From: Tubulanus polymorphus
Lineage: Eukaryota; Animalia; Nemertea
Assembly: GCF_964204645.1 (NCBI RefSeq)
Contig: NC_134027.1
Span: 124,001-188,000 of the forward strand
Reading direction: 5' to 3'
Length of the DNA stretch: 64,000 bases
Shown: piece after piece, positions 1-13,890 of the stretch
Numbering within the stretch: position 1 is the first letter of the stretch
Layout of the letters: the number at the start of each line of letters is the position of its first letter
Program-made: the position numbers and the translations under genes
Notes under the pieces: model-generated
What the model saw: the letters and a program-made list of their open reading frames with translations, nothing else
Database searches by the model: none
What the model was told of the DNA's origin: nothing

Positions 1-2570
1 TATTTTTGCCATCATGAAAAAAATACGGCAAGGTTATGAATAAAGTTTTGAAGTTTATAACAAAACATCACAATGATAACTATCGATGAAACATTCTCGT
101 GACGACAGAATAAAATCATCCTAAACTAAAAATAAAGAGTTTGAAATGTTTTCTAAAGCTGGTAGGTAATTCGACTGGTCATCTTCAGGAAAAGAGATTT
201 TCTTGACAATGATACATTTTTTTCACAAACGGGTGACTCGAACTTCAGTCGTTACGACACACAAGCGGTATTGTGTCTGTCGTCTCTGTATCTGACTACG
301 AATCTGCTAATCAAATTTATAGTTATAATTTGATTCCGCCTTGACTACGCTAGAATCTTAATGAATTGCGATTGATGACAAATCTAGATGTAGATGTACA
401 CTATATAGACGAGGAGGGGGTATCGACAATACTCATAATGTCTGAATATCCATTAAACATTCACCCAGTTCCTCTGGGTGGTCTCAAAATCGAATAAAGA
501 TATGGATATAGTTTGGAATATTTTGAGCTTATTAAAGTTCATATCAAATGATTTAACCCTTGAGCTAAATCTAAGCCGAGAAGTGCAGACTCAGAACTCA
601 GAACCCAGTTTAAATCATCAAATATAGTTTGGATCAGTTGATTTCATATGTTTTGACACGAAAGCCAAATCTAAGCCGAGAAGTGAAAAGAACTGGGTTC
701 AGAAAAATACGATACAAAATTATGTTTCGATTTCTACTGAAACCTTCAAATCGATTGTATGAACATTTTGTTAAGAACATTCTCTAGATTTGCGACTTAA
801 GGCCATAAAAACATCCATAACCAACACATCGATCCTTCACACGTCTTTACACAGAATCACAAATACAACGATTTTTAATACTGCGAAAATTAACTACAAA
901 ATCACGATCGAAAATTGTAGAAAGTGTTTAATACGAGATTGTGGAGACTGTGACCAACTGAATGTGTTTGAATAAAGACAATTAACAAATATCACTGACA
1001 GAAGACACGAGACTGTAATGCATCAGTAACAGCAGCAGCAGCAGCAGCTTTTTCATTACTGGTGACTCATAATCAGTATGTCTCTTATAGCTTCCCGTGT
1101 CCCATCAGGTAAACATTCACATCCTCCACATTTACAACAAAATCTGTGAAAATATTTTGATACTTTGAAATCTTCGAAAGTCGAGTCGACATTTATCGTT
1201 TAGTTTTGACAGTGAAACTGAACAAAGCTCCGGTCTTCAATCTGTATAAACTGTGGAACTAGGCTAAACGTACTTAATCAGGTCTGAGTTTAAGTCCCGT
1301 ACTGAGTCAGAATGGTTGCCATTTACTTCTGTCTGCGAATATATCGAATTGCCGAGATGTTATATTGGTGATTGTTCTGTTATATCGGATCCAGTTCGAC
1401 AGTTGAAATTTGACTCTTTTTGAATCAATACTGAAAACCAATGATTGAATGAATCGATCTATTTCATAATATTGATAATAATTATAATAATAATTATAAT
1501 AATAATTATTATAATAATAATGATAAGCTCACTGTGTTTTAACGGTGATTCTTTTTTTATAAATGTCACGTGGACACAGCAGTAAACAATAGCGAGGATC
1601 TCCGGACGAATGGAAACATTAAAACACGTAGCATCCATGAATACGTGTATATCAGCAGTAGATTCAGTGAGCAGGTCGCTTTATACTGAATCATTCACCA
1701 GAAAATCATCACTGATTATAACATCAATATTTCTCTTGAAGACAAGAAACGTTTCAAGTTGGTTGAATGGAGAACACAGTGTTGTTGTTAAGGTTAGGGG
1801 GGGGGGGTATTATTAATATGAGCTCACTGATTCCCCCCTCTCCCCCCCTCATCCTTGCCGCCGCGGCAACACCTTTGACAAGTACCAGCGCGTTGCTGGG
1901 TTTAATTATAACGGGTTCAATCAACTGGAAAAATGATTTGCTCCACACTGTCTCAGTGTGTCGCGCGATGTCTAAGATGATGTCGTTACCGAACTGGAGT
2001 CGCTGATTATTATATCGAATCGGAATATGACTTAATTAACCGCGTGCGCGCGCACGCATGCGGCGGCGGAAATACACAGAGTTCAAGGTTATTTCAACCG
2101 TGAAATCTACATTCTAATGTCACTTGTTTCATTGAACGATATCATCTCAAATCGCAATCTCGAATCTCAATCTAAATGTCAAATCTTTGCGCTAAGCAGA
2201 AATTACTGATTTATGAGTCGGTATTTTCAAATATTTGCTGAAACCGATCCGGACGGTTTTTATTGCTAATTAGTTTAATCTAACGGCCGCAGTCGATTTT
2301 AAATCAAAAGATTTTTTCACCACGTGACTTTTACAACGGAAATTTTATGACTTTGTAATCCGAGTGATGCGAGTATGCCATAGAAACGGCTCAATCTCAA
2401 ATTGAAATTAAATTCGTTTTTTTTTCAAACTGGCCTCAACTAGTTTAACTATAAGATTATTGTAATAAATGGTCATGTTAATTTAGCACAAACATCTGTC
2501 AGAAATAACATGTTTTTTAATCAATAGCTGATTGAGACATGTGTTTCGCATGAAACCCTACGAATACAGT

Positions 2571-2588
2571 GGCCTGTTGGTCTAGAGG
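2571..2588 (+). pseudogene. 5' fragment of tRNA-Pro
   Basis: GGCCTGTTGGTCTAGAGG matches 17/18 nt of the first 18 nt of the tRNA-Pro gene 371 bp downstream; no 3' part follows. Confidence 0.5.
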
Positions 2589-2941
2589 ATTTTCTACATG
2601 CAAACTGTCTAAAAAAAAGTGAAATTGTATCATAAGAAAAATCATTACAAAAATCATTTCAACCTTTCAAAAAATGCCCAAAATTCTCGTTATCTTTGTT
2701 ACTTGTTGGGTATCGCTATTACTGATGTCGGGGTCGGAAAGGAGAGGGTTAAAACTGAGGGTGTTTCTATATTAACTGTAAAAGCGACCGAATCTATCTA
2801 CTAGATTTTAGTTACATTACAAACACAGCAGTTTTATCAATTCCTACTCATATATCTATCGATTATGGTGACAGATTTTTGTGTTTTATAAATACAGTAA
2901 CTCGATTATGCCAACCAGATAGGTCGTCGTGTTACCATATC

Positions 2942-3013
2942 GGCCTGTTGGTCTAGTGGTATGATTCTCGCTTTGGGTGCGAGAGGCCCCGGGTTCGAAT
3001 CCCGGACAGGCCC
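2942..3013 (+). tRNA. tRNA-Pro (anticodon TGG)
   Basis: 72-nt cloverleaf: acceptor GGCCTGT/ACAGGCC, anticodon arm CTCGC-TTTGGGT-GCGAG, T arm CCGGG-TTCGAAT-CCCGG; T5 Pol III terminator at 3021-3025. Confidence 0.96.
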
Positions 3014-4206
3014 CGTGATATTTTTGATGTCACTTTATGCGTGAATGACTTTTTGCCAATTCGTCCTCCCCTCTCTCCCAACCTCCCTCTCTACCTCCCT
3101 CCCTCTCTCCCTCTCCCTTCTTCTCTTCTCTCTCTCTCTATCTGTGGTGATATATAAATTTGTGAATCTCATGAATAAATACTGTGCACTGTTCACACTT
3201 TCATTGAATTGCAAAATACATACTACAACAGACCGCACGAACTACAGCTAGCGTTCTGTGCCGGGAAATTAAGTGCTTTGTATTTGTTTTGGTATTTCCA
3301 GAGTAATGACAGACAGTGAAATAAACGGGCGAGCGAGAGGGGGTATGAGGGGAGGAGGGGGGGGGGTGCGACCGTCACTGGAATCGAGCATCAATTATTG
3401 TATGTATATATCACGGATATCCAGCAGCAGTGAATACATCACATTACACTGTGTGGATCTCCCGCTTCAATATCGCATCGGTGAACGACTCGATATTCTG
3501 TGAAAGGGAGGTAGAAATGGAGGAAATTTTGGGAGGTCAGAGATAGCGTAATTGAGGGGTTCATAAAAACCTGGAAGGGAAGAGAGTGGGAGATAGAGAA
3601 GGGAGAGAGGGTGAGTGAAGAGAGAGAGAGAGTTGGTTCAGGGTGAGAGAGAAGAGAGGAGGAGAATGAGGTATGAAGGAGGGTTGTATATTTGCCCCCA
3701 GGTTGACTCAGTGTAACTATATCTACTGCAGTGATCTCTAGCCGGGTGTATGAATTTTTTATTCACGACAGGCGCATCATTGAATTTGCATGCATGATAC
3801 CTAAAGCAAGAAGAAATAAGGCAATTACAGAATGGCTGTTATCATGTATGGGCGATGGCATAACTCTGGCTTGTCATCACCTATCTTATTTCCGGAATAA
3901 TCAACTGTACTTCTTTAATCTGAGCGAAGTTTCTGTGTTCAGTGAGAGCGGAGAGAGAAGAGAGAGAGAGAGAGAGAGGAGAGAGGAGAGAGTAGAGAAG
4001 AGAGAGGAGAGAAGAGAGAGGGATGATTTCCATACTCGCACACTGACACACGCGCTGCTAATAAACTTATTCATCACGATTCGCATGAAAGAATAGATTG
4101 ATGAACACTAGCAGCAGATCACAACCACCGCAGTCGCCTAGCAACACAATAATACTTTATTACGTCAAAGATGATGAGATGCCGAGAGATGATGACGGTC
4201 GGTTGT

Positions 4207-4688
4207 AGAATCCCAGACCAGCATCATCAAGCCCGATATCAGAATCCAAGACCAGCATCATCCAGCCCCGATATCAGAATCCCAGACCAGCATCATCCAG
4301 CCCCGATATCAGAATCCCAGACCAGCATCATCCAGCCCCGATATCAGAATCCCAGACCAGCATCATCCAGCCCCGATATCAGAATCCCAGACCAGCATCA
4401 TCCAGCCCCGATATCAGAATCCCAGACCAGCATCATCCAGCCCCGATATCAGAATCCCAGACCAGCATCATCCAGCCCCGATATCAGAATCCCAGACCAG
4501 CATCATCCAGCCCCGATATCAGAATCCCAGACCAGCATCATCCAGCCCCGATATCAGAATCCCAGACCAGCATCATCCAGCCCCGATATCAGAATCCCAG
4601 ACCAGCATCATCCAGCCCCGATATCAGAATCCCAGACCAGCATCATCCAGCCCCGATATCAGAATCCCAGACCAGCATCATCCAGCCC
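4207..4688. repeat. 35-bp minisatellite, ~14 near-identical copies
   Basis: Unit AGAATCCCAGACCAGCATCATCCAGCCCCGATATC repeated head-to-tail with no spacers. Confidence 0.97.
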
Positions 4689-7097
4689 GTAACTCTCCCA
4701 GCGGTAACGTATCTATAAACAATCACATTTTCAATTATGTTTGTTTAAGTTTAAAAAAATGTTTACCAGAAAAAGGCCCAAAGTATCAAATGAACAAAGT
4801 AAATAAAACTCTCTTATTATCCACGGTGGCCTCTTACACGACATGGATGGAATATCTCTCACTCACTGTTCATCCATCATAACCACCTACCCGACCGTTT
4901 AATCCGCTATTTAATAGTTATTCTTGTTCCATTATGTTTTTGATTTAATCGCAGACAGGTGATGAAAGTCCGACAGAGTGTTCTCTGATTGATCGTCCTC
5001 GTCTCTCCACCCCGTCACCCCCGTCACCCCCGGGGTCGGCAGAATCTTCGTAAAGACGATTATTATTGAATTGAATTATTGTTTTACGTCTCTAGACGAG
5101 AAACAAAAACGATTAAAACATCTCACGAGGTTAATCCGTTAATCCGTTAATAACACGAATCTTTATGAATAATAGAATCAGTATTTACTGGTTAATCAGA
5201 GGGTGGTATTGAATTCTCGCCCTCTCGCCCTCTACCTTTCCCCGTCGATCGGGATAAGCCGTTTTTATAATTACAGATATTTGCACCTGTTTTATGAACA
5301 GGACAACATCAAACATCGATGCGCAGAAAGATTATCCGGAATAAAAATTCTCAAGCTTCTGCAGCTGTGGCCATCATCGTTTCATCGTCGCAAACTCGTT
5401 ATCAAATAACGCGCATCTCGATTAAAAATAAGCAGTGTTTATCGCGTTTCATTATTGAGTTTTCAGCTCGGCCTATACACGATCTGAAACCCGGCTGGAA
5501 TCTAAGCGGGTGGTTTTGGGACTACTACCTTCCTATTGAGGTCGCGGTCCTTATTGTTAAGACCGAATTTGTCGCCGCAAATTTGAAAACATCTTGATGG
5601 GAAATGGTTATCATTTTGCATCCTTTACGCGGCTGCTTTGTCTCAACCCATCATTTTTTATCGGAACCTCGGAACCTGCCTGAAACATTTTCTTTGAACG
5701 TGAGAAGGGTTCTATTGGTTGGCTTCGCGAAACTGGAACCAAACCAAAGACTTTTCGACCGATGAGACTTTCACAATTTAAAGATCAATACCGAGTCCAG
5801 TCCAGCATGCCGTCGAATAGTTTTCATCTTACAACATTTAACCGTTAATTATGAAGACATATGAAGGCGAGTGAATTTGAAGTAGTTACAAATATCAGGA
5901 TTAGAATCGAATCGAGCAGTTTGAATTCATTATATTTAACAGGACAGATGCGACTGATATGTGAATAGAAGTGACTGTCCCCGATGAGTGCGCTCTTGAG
6001 GATCAGTCAAACTTTAAAGTACAACTTCAAACGGTCGGATAAGGTCAACTACTTCCTAATCCACGAGTAGAGAATCATCTGGTATTATATTTAAATCTCA
6101 GTTTATATCACCATTATAATAAATACTCCAGGCGTATCTCATATTCTAGATGTATTAATCTGATAGTATTCGGATTAAAGGATTATTGATTTGAGATATC
6201 CCTGAAGGCGATATTTTCACGGATATCAACATCAAGTCGGCTGAAGATCGATAGTTATAACATTGTATCTACACGTGGATTCTGGACACAACAACTGTGG
6301 AGCCCCCTACCGGCCCATAACGAATATATATATTAGGATGTCTTAGCGTAGGGGAGTAGATATACAGCGATACCCATGGACCATAGTGCGGTTTTCTCCG
6401 CTATCACGATCTCCACCCTACAGGGCTCAAGGCCTCGAGGGTCGATTTAAATGGCAGATTTAGGCAGTTCTCAGTTAACATTTGACCTTTCAGTTAGAAA
6501 ATCGCAAATTCTAACTCTGCTGTCGAAGTGGAACCGGGGGTCTTGGGGAGTTTACAGAATTGAACAGGAATTGAGAATTATACAATATATTCAAATTGAT
6601 TGTGAATTCAATTTTCATTTCAGTTAACCTAAAATCTTCTGAAATTACTATGGAAAAAACAAAATGGCCGCCAACATAAATATCAATACTATACCGATGT
6701 GTTTATTGTAATATGAATAAACGATTTGAATTGAATTTATATCATTTAAAGATAAATAGATGTCGCTGATGATGTATTCTAATATATGTAATTATAGCGA
6801 CGAGTGAAGCATGGTTGTGTCGCTGCTATAATCGCTTAATACTAGTCAATGATGAATGCGATGTCAGCTGATCCCAAGGGCCGATCGTAATTCATTTGCA
6901 GACTAACAACAACCTACAGTCTTAATAATAGATTTATCTTCTTGATAATAATATCCATCGGATTAGCAAAGTTTGCTCATTTTCGGTCACGTGGTGTCAC
7001 GTGGTGTCACATAGAGCGACAGAGAGAGAGAGAGAGAGAGAGCGAGAAACATGTCTCTTGATCTACCATCTGTTTATCACCAAGATCCGCTTCCACG

Positions 7098-7239
7098 TCA
7101 GTTCAGGACTCAGTTCCACAACTCAGGACCCAGTTCCACAGTTCTGGACTCAGTTCCACAGCTCAGGACTCAGTTCCACAGTTCTGGACTCAGTTCCCCA
7201 GCTCAGGACTCAGTTCCACAGCTCAGGACTCGGTTCCAC
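7098..7239. repeat. 20-bp minisatellite (CAGTTCCACA core family)
   Basis: Unit ~AGTTCAGGACTCAGTTCCAC, ~7 copies. Confidence 0.92.
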
Positions 7240-7675
7240 AAATTTAACCTATTTCTATGTATTACTTCAATAAATCATTCGCATCAATACTAAATACAGC
7301 GTAGTGTATTCAAGTAAATGTTATTCCAACTAAATTTTAACTTGAGCGTGAATCTCAATTTCAAATTTGCATCTTTAAACAAACCATTCTAAAATACACA
7401 CGAATAAAGCATCGTCTTCGCCACTCATTAAGTTCAACCAATTTTTCGTTTTCAAAAAATTCTTTCGCACTTTTTAACGTCAACGATGAAAATCTACGTT
7501 TGAAATCATCGATAACAAAAGACGCGTAACAAAGCGAAAAGAAAAATCCGCCAGAAATCGTTTACAGATTGCGTAAATAGCGTCTTCATCGATTAACATC
7601 ATCGGATTTCATCCAGTGAATAATTGTGTCAATTTTTACAGTTTGTCCGTCGAAGTTATTCAATTATGTAGCAGT

Positions 7676-7708
<33 letters not shown>

Positions 7709-8259
7709 CGTTTATGAATGTCTCTCTCCTCGCTTCGCTTCTCAGTCAACGCGCGATGATTTCATATTATATCAATATTGCGATGGCGGCAATTGTCGCA
7801 TCAGTGTCAGGTTTAACAGCTGATAATAGGCTCTATTATATTGTCAATATCCCCTTCTAGTCATCTTTCATTACCGTGTTAATATGCTGTCAAACAAATT
7901 GATCTTCTGCCAGTCTCTGCGCTCTCTCTCTCCTCTCTAGCGATGAGTTATGAAAGTCTTATGATTGGTAGATCGAATATTATACCGACAGCCAATCGGC
8001 GTACAGAGATTTATTAGAGATTAATAAGCGGATGAGAAGGATGCTGGTGCTGCTGATGCTGCTGCTGCAGTGATGCTGGAAGCTCACTGGTTGCAGTAGT
8101 AACGGCACAAAATGAAAATGATAAGACTTACCGTTGATACAAAGCGGAACAAATAGTTCGGGGTCTGAATTTCAATATCATCAGTTTATTTCACAGATAC
8201 CAGTTTTCAATCTGAAATGAAAAATAGTCCTTTATAAACATAAACAGTCTATCTGCATT

Positions 8260-8520
8260 TTCTCTCTCTCCTCTCTCCCTTCTCCTCTCTCTGCTCTCTC
8301 CTCTCTTCTCACCCACTCTCTCCTCTCTACCTATCTTTACCTCTGACCTCTCTCCCCACTCCTCTCTCTCCTCTCCTCTCTCCTCTCTCCTCTCCTCTCT
8401 TCTCTCCTCTCTCCTCTCTCTGCTCTCTCCTCTCTCCTCACCCACTCTCTCCTCTCTACCTATCTTTACCTCTGACCTCTGTCCCCCTCTCCCTCCCCTC
8501 TCCTCTCTCTCCTCTCTACC
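8260..8520. repeat. CT-rich polypyrimidine low-complexity tract
   Basis: Almost only C/T, with an internal duplicated block (ACCCACTCTC...ACCTATCTTTACCTCTGACCTC twice). Confidence 0.9.
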
Positions 8521-10434
8521 TATGGATAGCACGTTAGAATGGCTGTGTCACTGGTTGTGTATGGATGTCATCCCCGGAGACATTATTTCCACTCGCATTC
8601 TTTACATTTGTGTTGTGTGAATTTTTCATTACTAGATCTAAGTGCACACAGTGCGCGTCGAGTTGTCTTCTGTTTGATGCTCGCTCGAGCACCGACAGAA
8701 ACAGATATGATTATATTTCGCCGGTGGTTCCTAGATTTATATTCTGACTGCATCAATGCCGTAATGCTTTAATGTTTGACAGACTCAATCTCTAGGGGTA
8801 GGGGGCAAATAGATAGATAGCTTTTATGAAGGAGCTAGTAAATTGGATGTTTGATATAGGAAGACCATACACTTTCGTATCCTCAGTAGAATACGATAGC
8901 GGCGACGACGACGGTCGACGAGGATACTTTTTTTTTCTTCATTTTCCGCGCAAGAAAAATAAGCCGGTCGGAAATGTGAAAATGTGTCTGGTGTATTTTA
9001 CTCGCAATTTATCGTTGATGAAATGAACGGGAATATTTGAAAGTATCCGCCGGCAGATCGTGGTCAATATTTAATTTATTTCTAGGCAAATTCCAGTGGA
9101 TTCTACTCTGATCTTGTAATCGATGAAATGGCCGTGAAATAAACGCAAATATTTGGAAGTATCTCCAGCAATTTGTGGTCGATTTCTGGTTTCTCTCTGG
9201 GCACAAGAGACAGCAGCGCATTGTGGGCTGAATTTGATTTCAGGTTAGGTTTGAATCAAAGAATTCAAATCAGTCAGATTTTTGTTCAGAACTATGAAAT
9301 TGGTTCTTGGGTCAAATGAAACTCCATCTGAGATCATTTCATCTTGTCGGGGATAAATGTAAGATTTTTCAAATGGCTGAGAATCCTACAAAGAGCGAAA
9401 TTATGGAACGAAATTACCCAAAACCTTGCATCACTTCACTTCGCAATAAGCTCTTGTGTCAAATAGTCTGAAATCCCGCCGATGATTTGGTTCTAATTTT
9501 TCTATTGTGTCCTAAAATATCCCCTTCGAGTTCGACTAAGTCGCTAAAACCAAAACGAATAAAACAGCGTCGCTAGAGGAATGGAACTGGGATCAGACGT
9601 CAGTTACCAATCGTTCATCTCTTTAAGCTTTCTACTTATTATGAATAATTAGAATGTTTGAGAAATTCGAGTTTTAGATTTAACGTGTATCAGACATTGC
9701 GAACAATACGACCCTGATGAACTGTCGTCGAGTATCCCCGCACACGGCTCTCAGGGGTAATGATCGGTCGGTGTCTGTGCCGACCATAATCGAGTTGAAT
9801 CCAAACAGAGATACCCGTTCCCGCGTCGACTCAAAACATTGATCTTTGACGTATTAAACGATGACAGTTCAAACTGAGATGTCGATTTTAAAAAGATCAA
9901 TTTCTTCTTCGCTGCAGCCACTGTATCAGCAATAAACGAAGCTGGGATTCGACTCCGAAAGGACTATGCGGCCGAGTTAGCGCCAGTGTTTATTCTGTTT
10001 GGACATATTACCAGAATGAACTTTTAAAACTATATGACTCTAAAATAGCACCATTTCTGATTTTCTCATAGAAACCACCTTAACCTATAATGAGTTTCGA
10101 CAATGGAATTTTGAATTCAAACCTTGCCGATTTGTTCGAGTGATGTGGCATTAAATTGTGCATTCTTTATCCAATAGCAAAACAGGAATAAATGAATACC
10201 TTGCTCCGTGGACGTATGAACTAAAATAGTTTAGTCTAGTTAATAAGTCCATGTTTGGTCTTGCCTAACTTTGAACCACATATTGGTGGTCGACCGTCAG
10301 TCTTAATAAGTTATTAAGATTGAATAGAGAATTTATGTCCAATATGTTGAATTTTATGTCCAATATTAGTAAAATCTACAAGCAATCGATTGTTCGTTAT
10401 AGGTAAAATAACCCATCAAATCAAAAACCAATAG

Positions 10435-10482
10435 ACACAACATTTCGACCTCTTTCTCAAGAGACTACGTATCTTCAGGTGT
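10435..10482 (-). ncRNA. Degenerate minimal type I hammerhead ribozyme motif (Penelope-type)
   Basis: Minus strand reads ACAC-CTGAAGA-T...GTC-GAAA-TGTT-GTGT: stem I ACAC/GTGT and both core boxes present; stem II imperfect. Confidence 0.45.
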
Positions 10483-12367
10483 GAAATATCTATAATTGAA
10501 TAAACATCTTATATTACTGAATATAGAGTCAAATGGAAACTGGGATAAAAATCTGTGATGCGTTTAAAGTGGATGGCGACGGCTCAGATATTACTGTGAG
10601 AACCGAAACAGAAGTTTCTGCTACGATTATTGGAGCATCTGGAACTCGTGATGATTCCGCGTGTCTATCGGGTTTTTTCATTCTCTTATTGATCATAACT
10701 AACTGTATTTACAGGAAACAAAGGAACCTTTGTCGGTTTAAACGCTACATTTACCGAGGTATTCTCTTAAGCAGATGACGATCTCTGCGTGAATTTTCAA
10801 ATAATGCGTTAAAATGTACAAAATCACTAGTTCTAGAACAAACGTACGGAGTCGATTTATCAAGTCAAGCCAAACCCAATGTTTTGGGTCAATGTAAAAC
10901 CCATTACTTTGGTACTAGGTCCTGAGTCAAATCAAACCCACACAATTGTGGAACTGGGTCCAGGGTCAAATACAAGCCGCGCAATTGTGGAACTGGTTCC
11001 AGAATTAAATTCGATCAACTTTCTTTTATATTCGCTTATTGCTATTAAGAATCATTTCGTTAAAACTCGTCGCTGAAACGAAGCCCGTAAGAAAGATCAT
11101 CGTCATCCAAATTACTCCGCAGCAGCAGCTACTGTATCAGCTACTGTAGCAGCATCCATTGTCATTTAGAAAATTACAATTTAGCATTCAGTAATGCGCG
11201 CATCTCTCTCACTCAGTCAATCGATCATAGTTAACAACGATCCATCACTAGATCTTACTGAAGTAAATCCCATTAATTCTTCACAGTTATCAGTTTTCTA
11301 TATAATCACTGTTTCAGCTATAATGACCCCTTCATCCGTTTGTCGCGCTTCCCATTTTGTTTAGCGATGTCCTGAATTAACAGTGAAAATATGCCCGAAA
11401 ATGACGCGCTCTCTTTTGTCATAATTATAAGTTGACACTTGTAGATGCTTGGCCTATAACGTGTATCATGCGGAGATATTAGAATATCCGTTGTTTTTCA
11501 TGGTACAGATAGTAATGAGTCAATTATCTATTGTCACTCCTACCGACCAGTCAAATAAAAACTGCAACATATCACGACATGTATTCCTCCTACCTCATCA
11601 TCAGCGGCGGTGGAGGCTGTGACACGAGGGGCTGCTTTAAACACAAATATTAACATTGTAAAGTATTTAAAGTGATAGGTTAGACTTGAAGACGTAATCA
11701 ATGGCAATAATCGTTAATGAGACCTTCCATTCCCTCCCTCCTTCCTCTCCCTTCCATCTCTCTCTCCCTCTCTCCCTCTCTCCCTCTCTCCCTCCCTCCC
11801 TCTCTCCCTCTCTCCCTCCCCCCTCTCTCCCTCCCTCCCTCCCTCCCCCTCTCTCCCTCTCTCTTCACGAGCAGTGAGTATAGTTGTAGCCCTATAATCT
11901 CATATTTGTAAGTTGTGGTATATCAACACCCTTCTAGCCCCGTAGTGAATTGGCAGTGAACAGTCACGGATAGTCTGTGCTGTAGTCTAAGCTTCCCGAA
12001 TCCCGGAGGTGTTAGGAGGGGAGAGGTGGAGGGTGGTACGATGGCTTAGGACACCCTGATATACTCTCACGGCTGTATAAAACGGACTGATAAAGATGCT
12101 GACAGGCTTTGTGAGGTACATTATATGTAAGTTGTTGATCTGATATTTTTCTAGGGTGGATGATATGTTGTTATTTTTTTTCACTCCGGTCTCAGCGTCT
12201 GAACGCGTCACTCTAATAATGATTGATTGTATACACGCCATACTGTTTATCAACTTCCGTTTATCTTGTCGTATATGATGCGACATTGGGTGTTAATTTA
12301 CACACAGCCCAGGAAACGATCGGAACCTTCTGAAAGACGACGCAAACTGTTTAAAGTGGAATATTTC

Positions 12368-12574
12368 TCAGTTTTTGTTTCCGCTGTCGCACGTTGACAC
12401 ACGATATCGAAACGATGATAAATGACCTTGGAAGCAGTAGTAGAATTCACGCAGACGGCGCTGGGACGGCGCCCGCCTCGATATCAAATGAACAGTTTCC
12501 TGATTGACACCACCAATAAAATCACGATCGAGTTTAACTGTTTAAATCAAGATCCAAAAATGATTTCACTGATG
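12368..12574 (+). repeat. 207-bp dispersed duplicate, copy A (inverted partner at 47566-47772)
   Basis: By eye identical to the reverse complement of 47566-47772; ORF track shows the same peptide MTLEAVVEFTQ...KMISLM from both. Confidence 0.95.
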
Positions 12575-13344
12575 ATGTGTTGGTGTTGCTGCTGCTGTTG
12601 GTGCTAGTGCTGGTGCCGTTGTTGTTGGCGCTACCAGTGCTGGTGCTGGTGCTACCAATGCTGCTGCTGGCGCTACCAGTGCTGCTGCTGCTATGCTAGT
12701 GCTGCGGCTGGGGTTGTTGTTGGTACTGCTAGTGCTGTTGCTGCTGCTGCTGCTGCTGCTACTGTGGTTGGTGGTTGTGCTGGTGCTGGTATTGGTGCTG
12801 TGTATAACAGTATCCCCGGGTTCATGAGTCAAATTGAACCTAACCGGACACTGTGGTGTGCTTTGTGAGGGGTATGCTGTACGCACCCCCTAACTGTGTG
12901 GGGAGGGTGTGTAGTGTATATTCCAGTTGTAGTTTATAAGATGGCGGCGATGGGTGCTGCACGGGGCGGCGCGGTGACGCGTTGCGGTTAACGCCGCTGC
13001 CGACGATGCATATTTTCAGTGACATTCTGACGACTGCGGCGACGTAACCGTGGTGACGTGTGGTGACACTCAGAGTGCGGCAAAACCTAGTAATTTGTTG
13101 GCGCAAGATTGATGGCAAGAAAATTCGGATATGTAATTCCAAAATGTCGATTAATGTTGGGCAGAGAGAGAGAGGCAGAGTTAGAATTACTTCGGTCAAA
13201 CTAGACGATGATTTATTATTTGGCTGCCGCGAGAAAATTTGATGAAAGAGAAATTAAGAGATGGTTTTCTGCGGCGTTCAGTGATTGCATTATCAAAGAC
13301 GATCAGACGATCAGACTAGCTGCTGCATTCGTGCATTCAGCTGC

Positions 13345-13890
13345 CTCTTTCTCTGCCTCTCTCCTCCCTCGCTTCCCATGAGCCTATCCATCTCTCCTTC
13401 CTGTGCCCCCTCTCTCCCTCTCCTTGTCTCCTCTCCCCCTCTCCTCTCTCCCTCTCCTTGTCTCCTCTCTCCCTCTCCTTGTCTCCTCTCCCCCTTTCCT
13501 CTCTCCCTCTCCTTGTCTCCTCTCCCCCTCTCCTCTCTCCCTCTCCTTGTCTCCTCTCCCCCTCTCCTCTCTCCCTCTCCTTGTCTCCTCTCCCCCTCTC
13601 CTCTCTCCCTCTCCTTGTCTCCTCTCTCCATCTCCTTGTCTCCTCTCCCCCTTTCCTCTCTCCCTCTCCTTGTCTCCTCTCCCCCTCTCCTCTCTCCCTC
13701 TCCTTGTCTCCTCTCCCCCTTTCCTCTCTCCCTCTCCTTGTCTCCTCTCCCCCTCTCCTCTTTCCCTCTCCTTGTCTCCTCTCCCCCTTTCCTCTCTCCC
13801 TCTCCTTGTCTCCTCTCCCCCTTTCCTCTCTCCCTCTCCTTGTCTCCTCCCCCCTCTCCTCTCTCCCTCTCCTTGTCTCCTCTCTCGCTC
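13345..13890. repeat. CT-rich tandem repeat (~36-bp unit with CTCCTTGTCTCC core)
   Basis: Recurrent CTCTCCTTGTCTCCTCTCCCCCT(C/T)TCCTCTCTCC units. Confidence 0.92.

Noticed and set aside
567-685. 19-bp direct repeat AAATCTAAGCCGAGAAGTG exactly 100 bp apart
   Set aside because: Only two copies; most simply an old local tandem duplication with no further structure.
4171-4692. 173-aa repetitive ORF / CRISPR-like regular repeat
   Set aside because: Pure head-to-tail 35-bp minisatellite with no unique spacers and no cas genes; the ORF is a by-product of a stop-free unit.
9710-9735. CTGATGA (hammerhead/box C-like) at 9714; also 19523 and 23212
   Set aside because: No stem II plus GAAA, and no box D with terminal stem at suitable spacing.
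10045-10065. TAGCACCATTT, resembling the 5' half of miR-29
   Set aside because: Match ends after 11 nt and no complementary arm or hairpin is visible.
12422-12607. Identical peptide MTLEAVVEFTQ... also encoded at 47278-47718 (-)
   Set aside because: Identity extends upstream of the ATG and includes all synonymous sites, so it reflects DNA duplication; no recognisable domain or splice structure.
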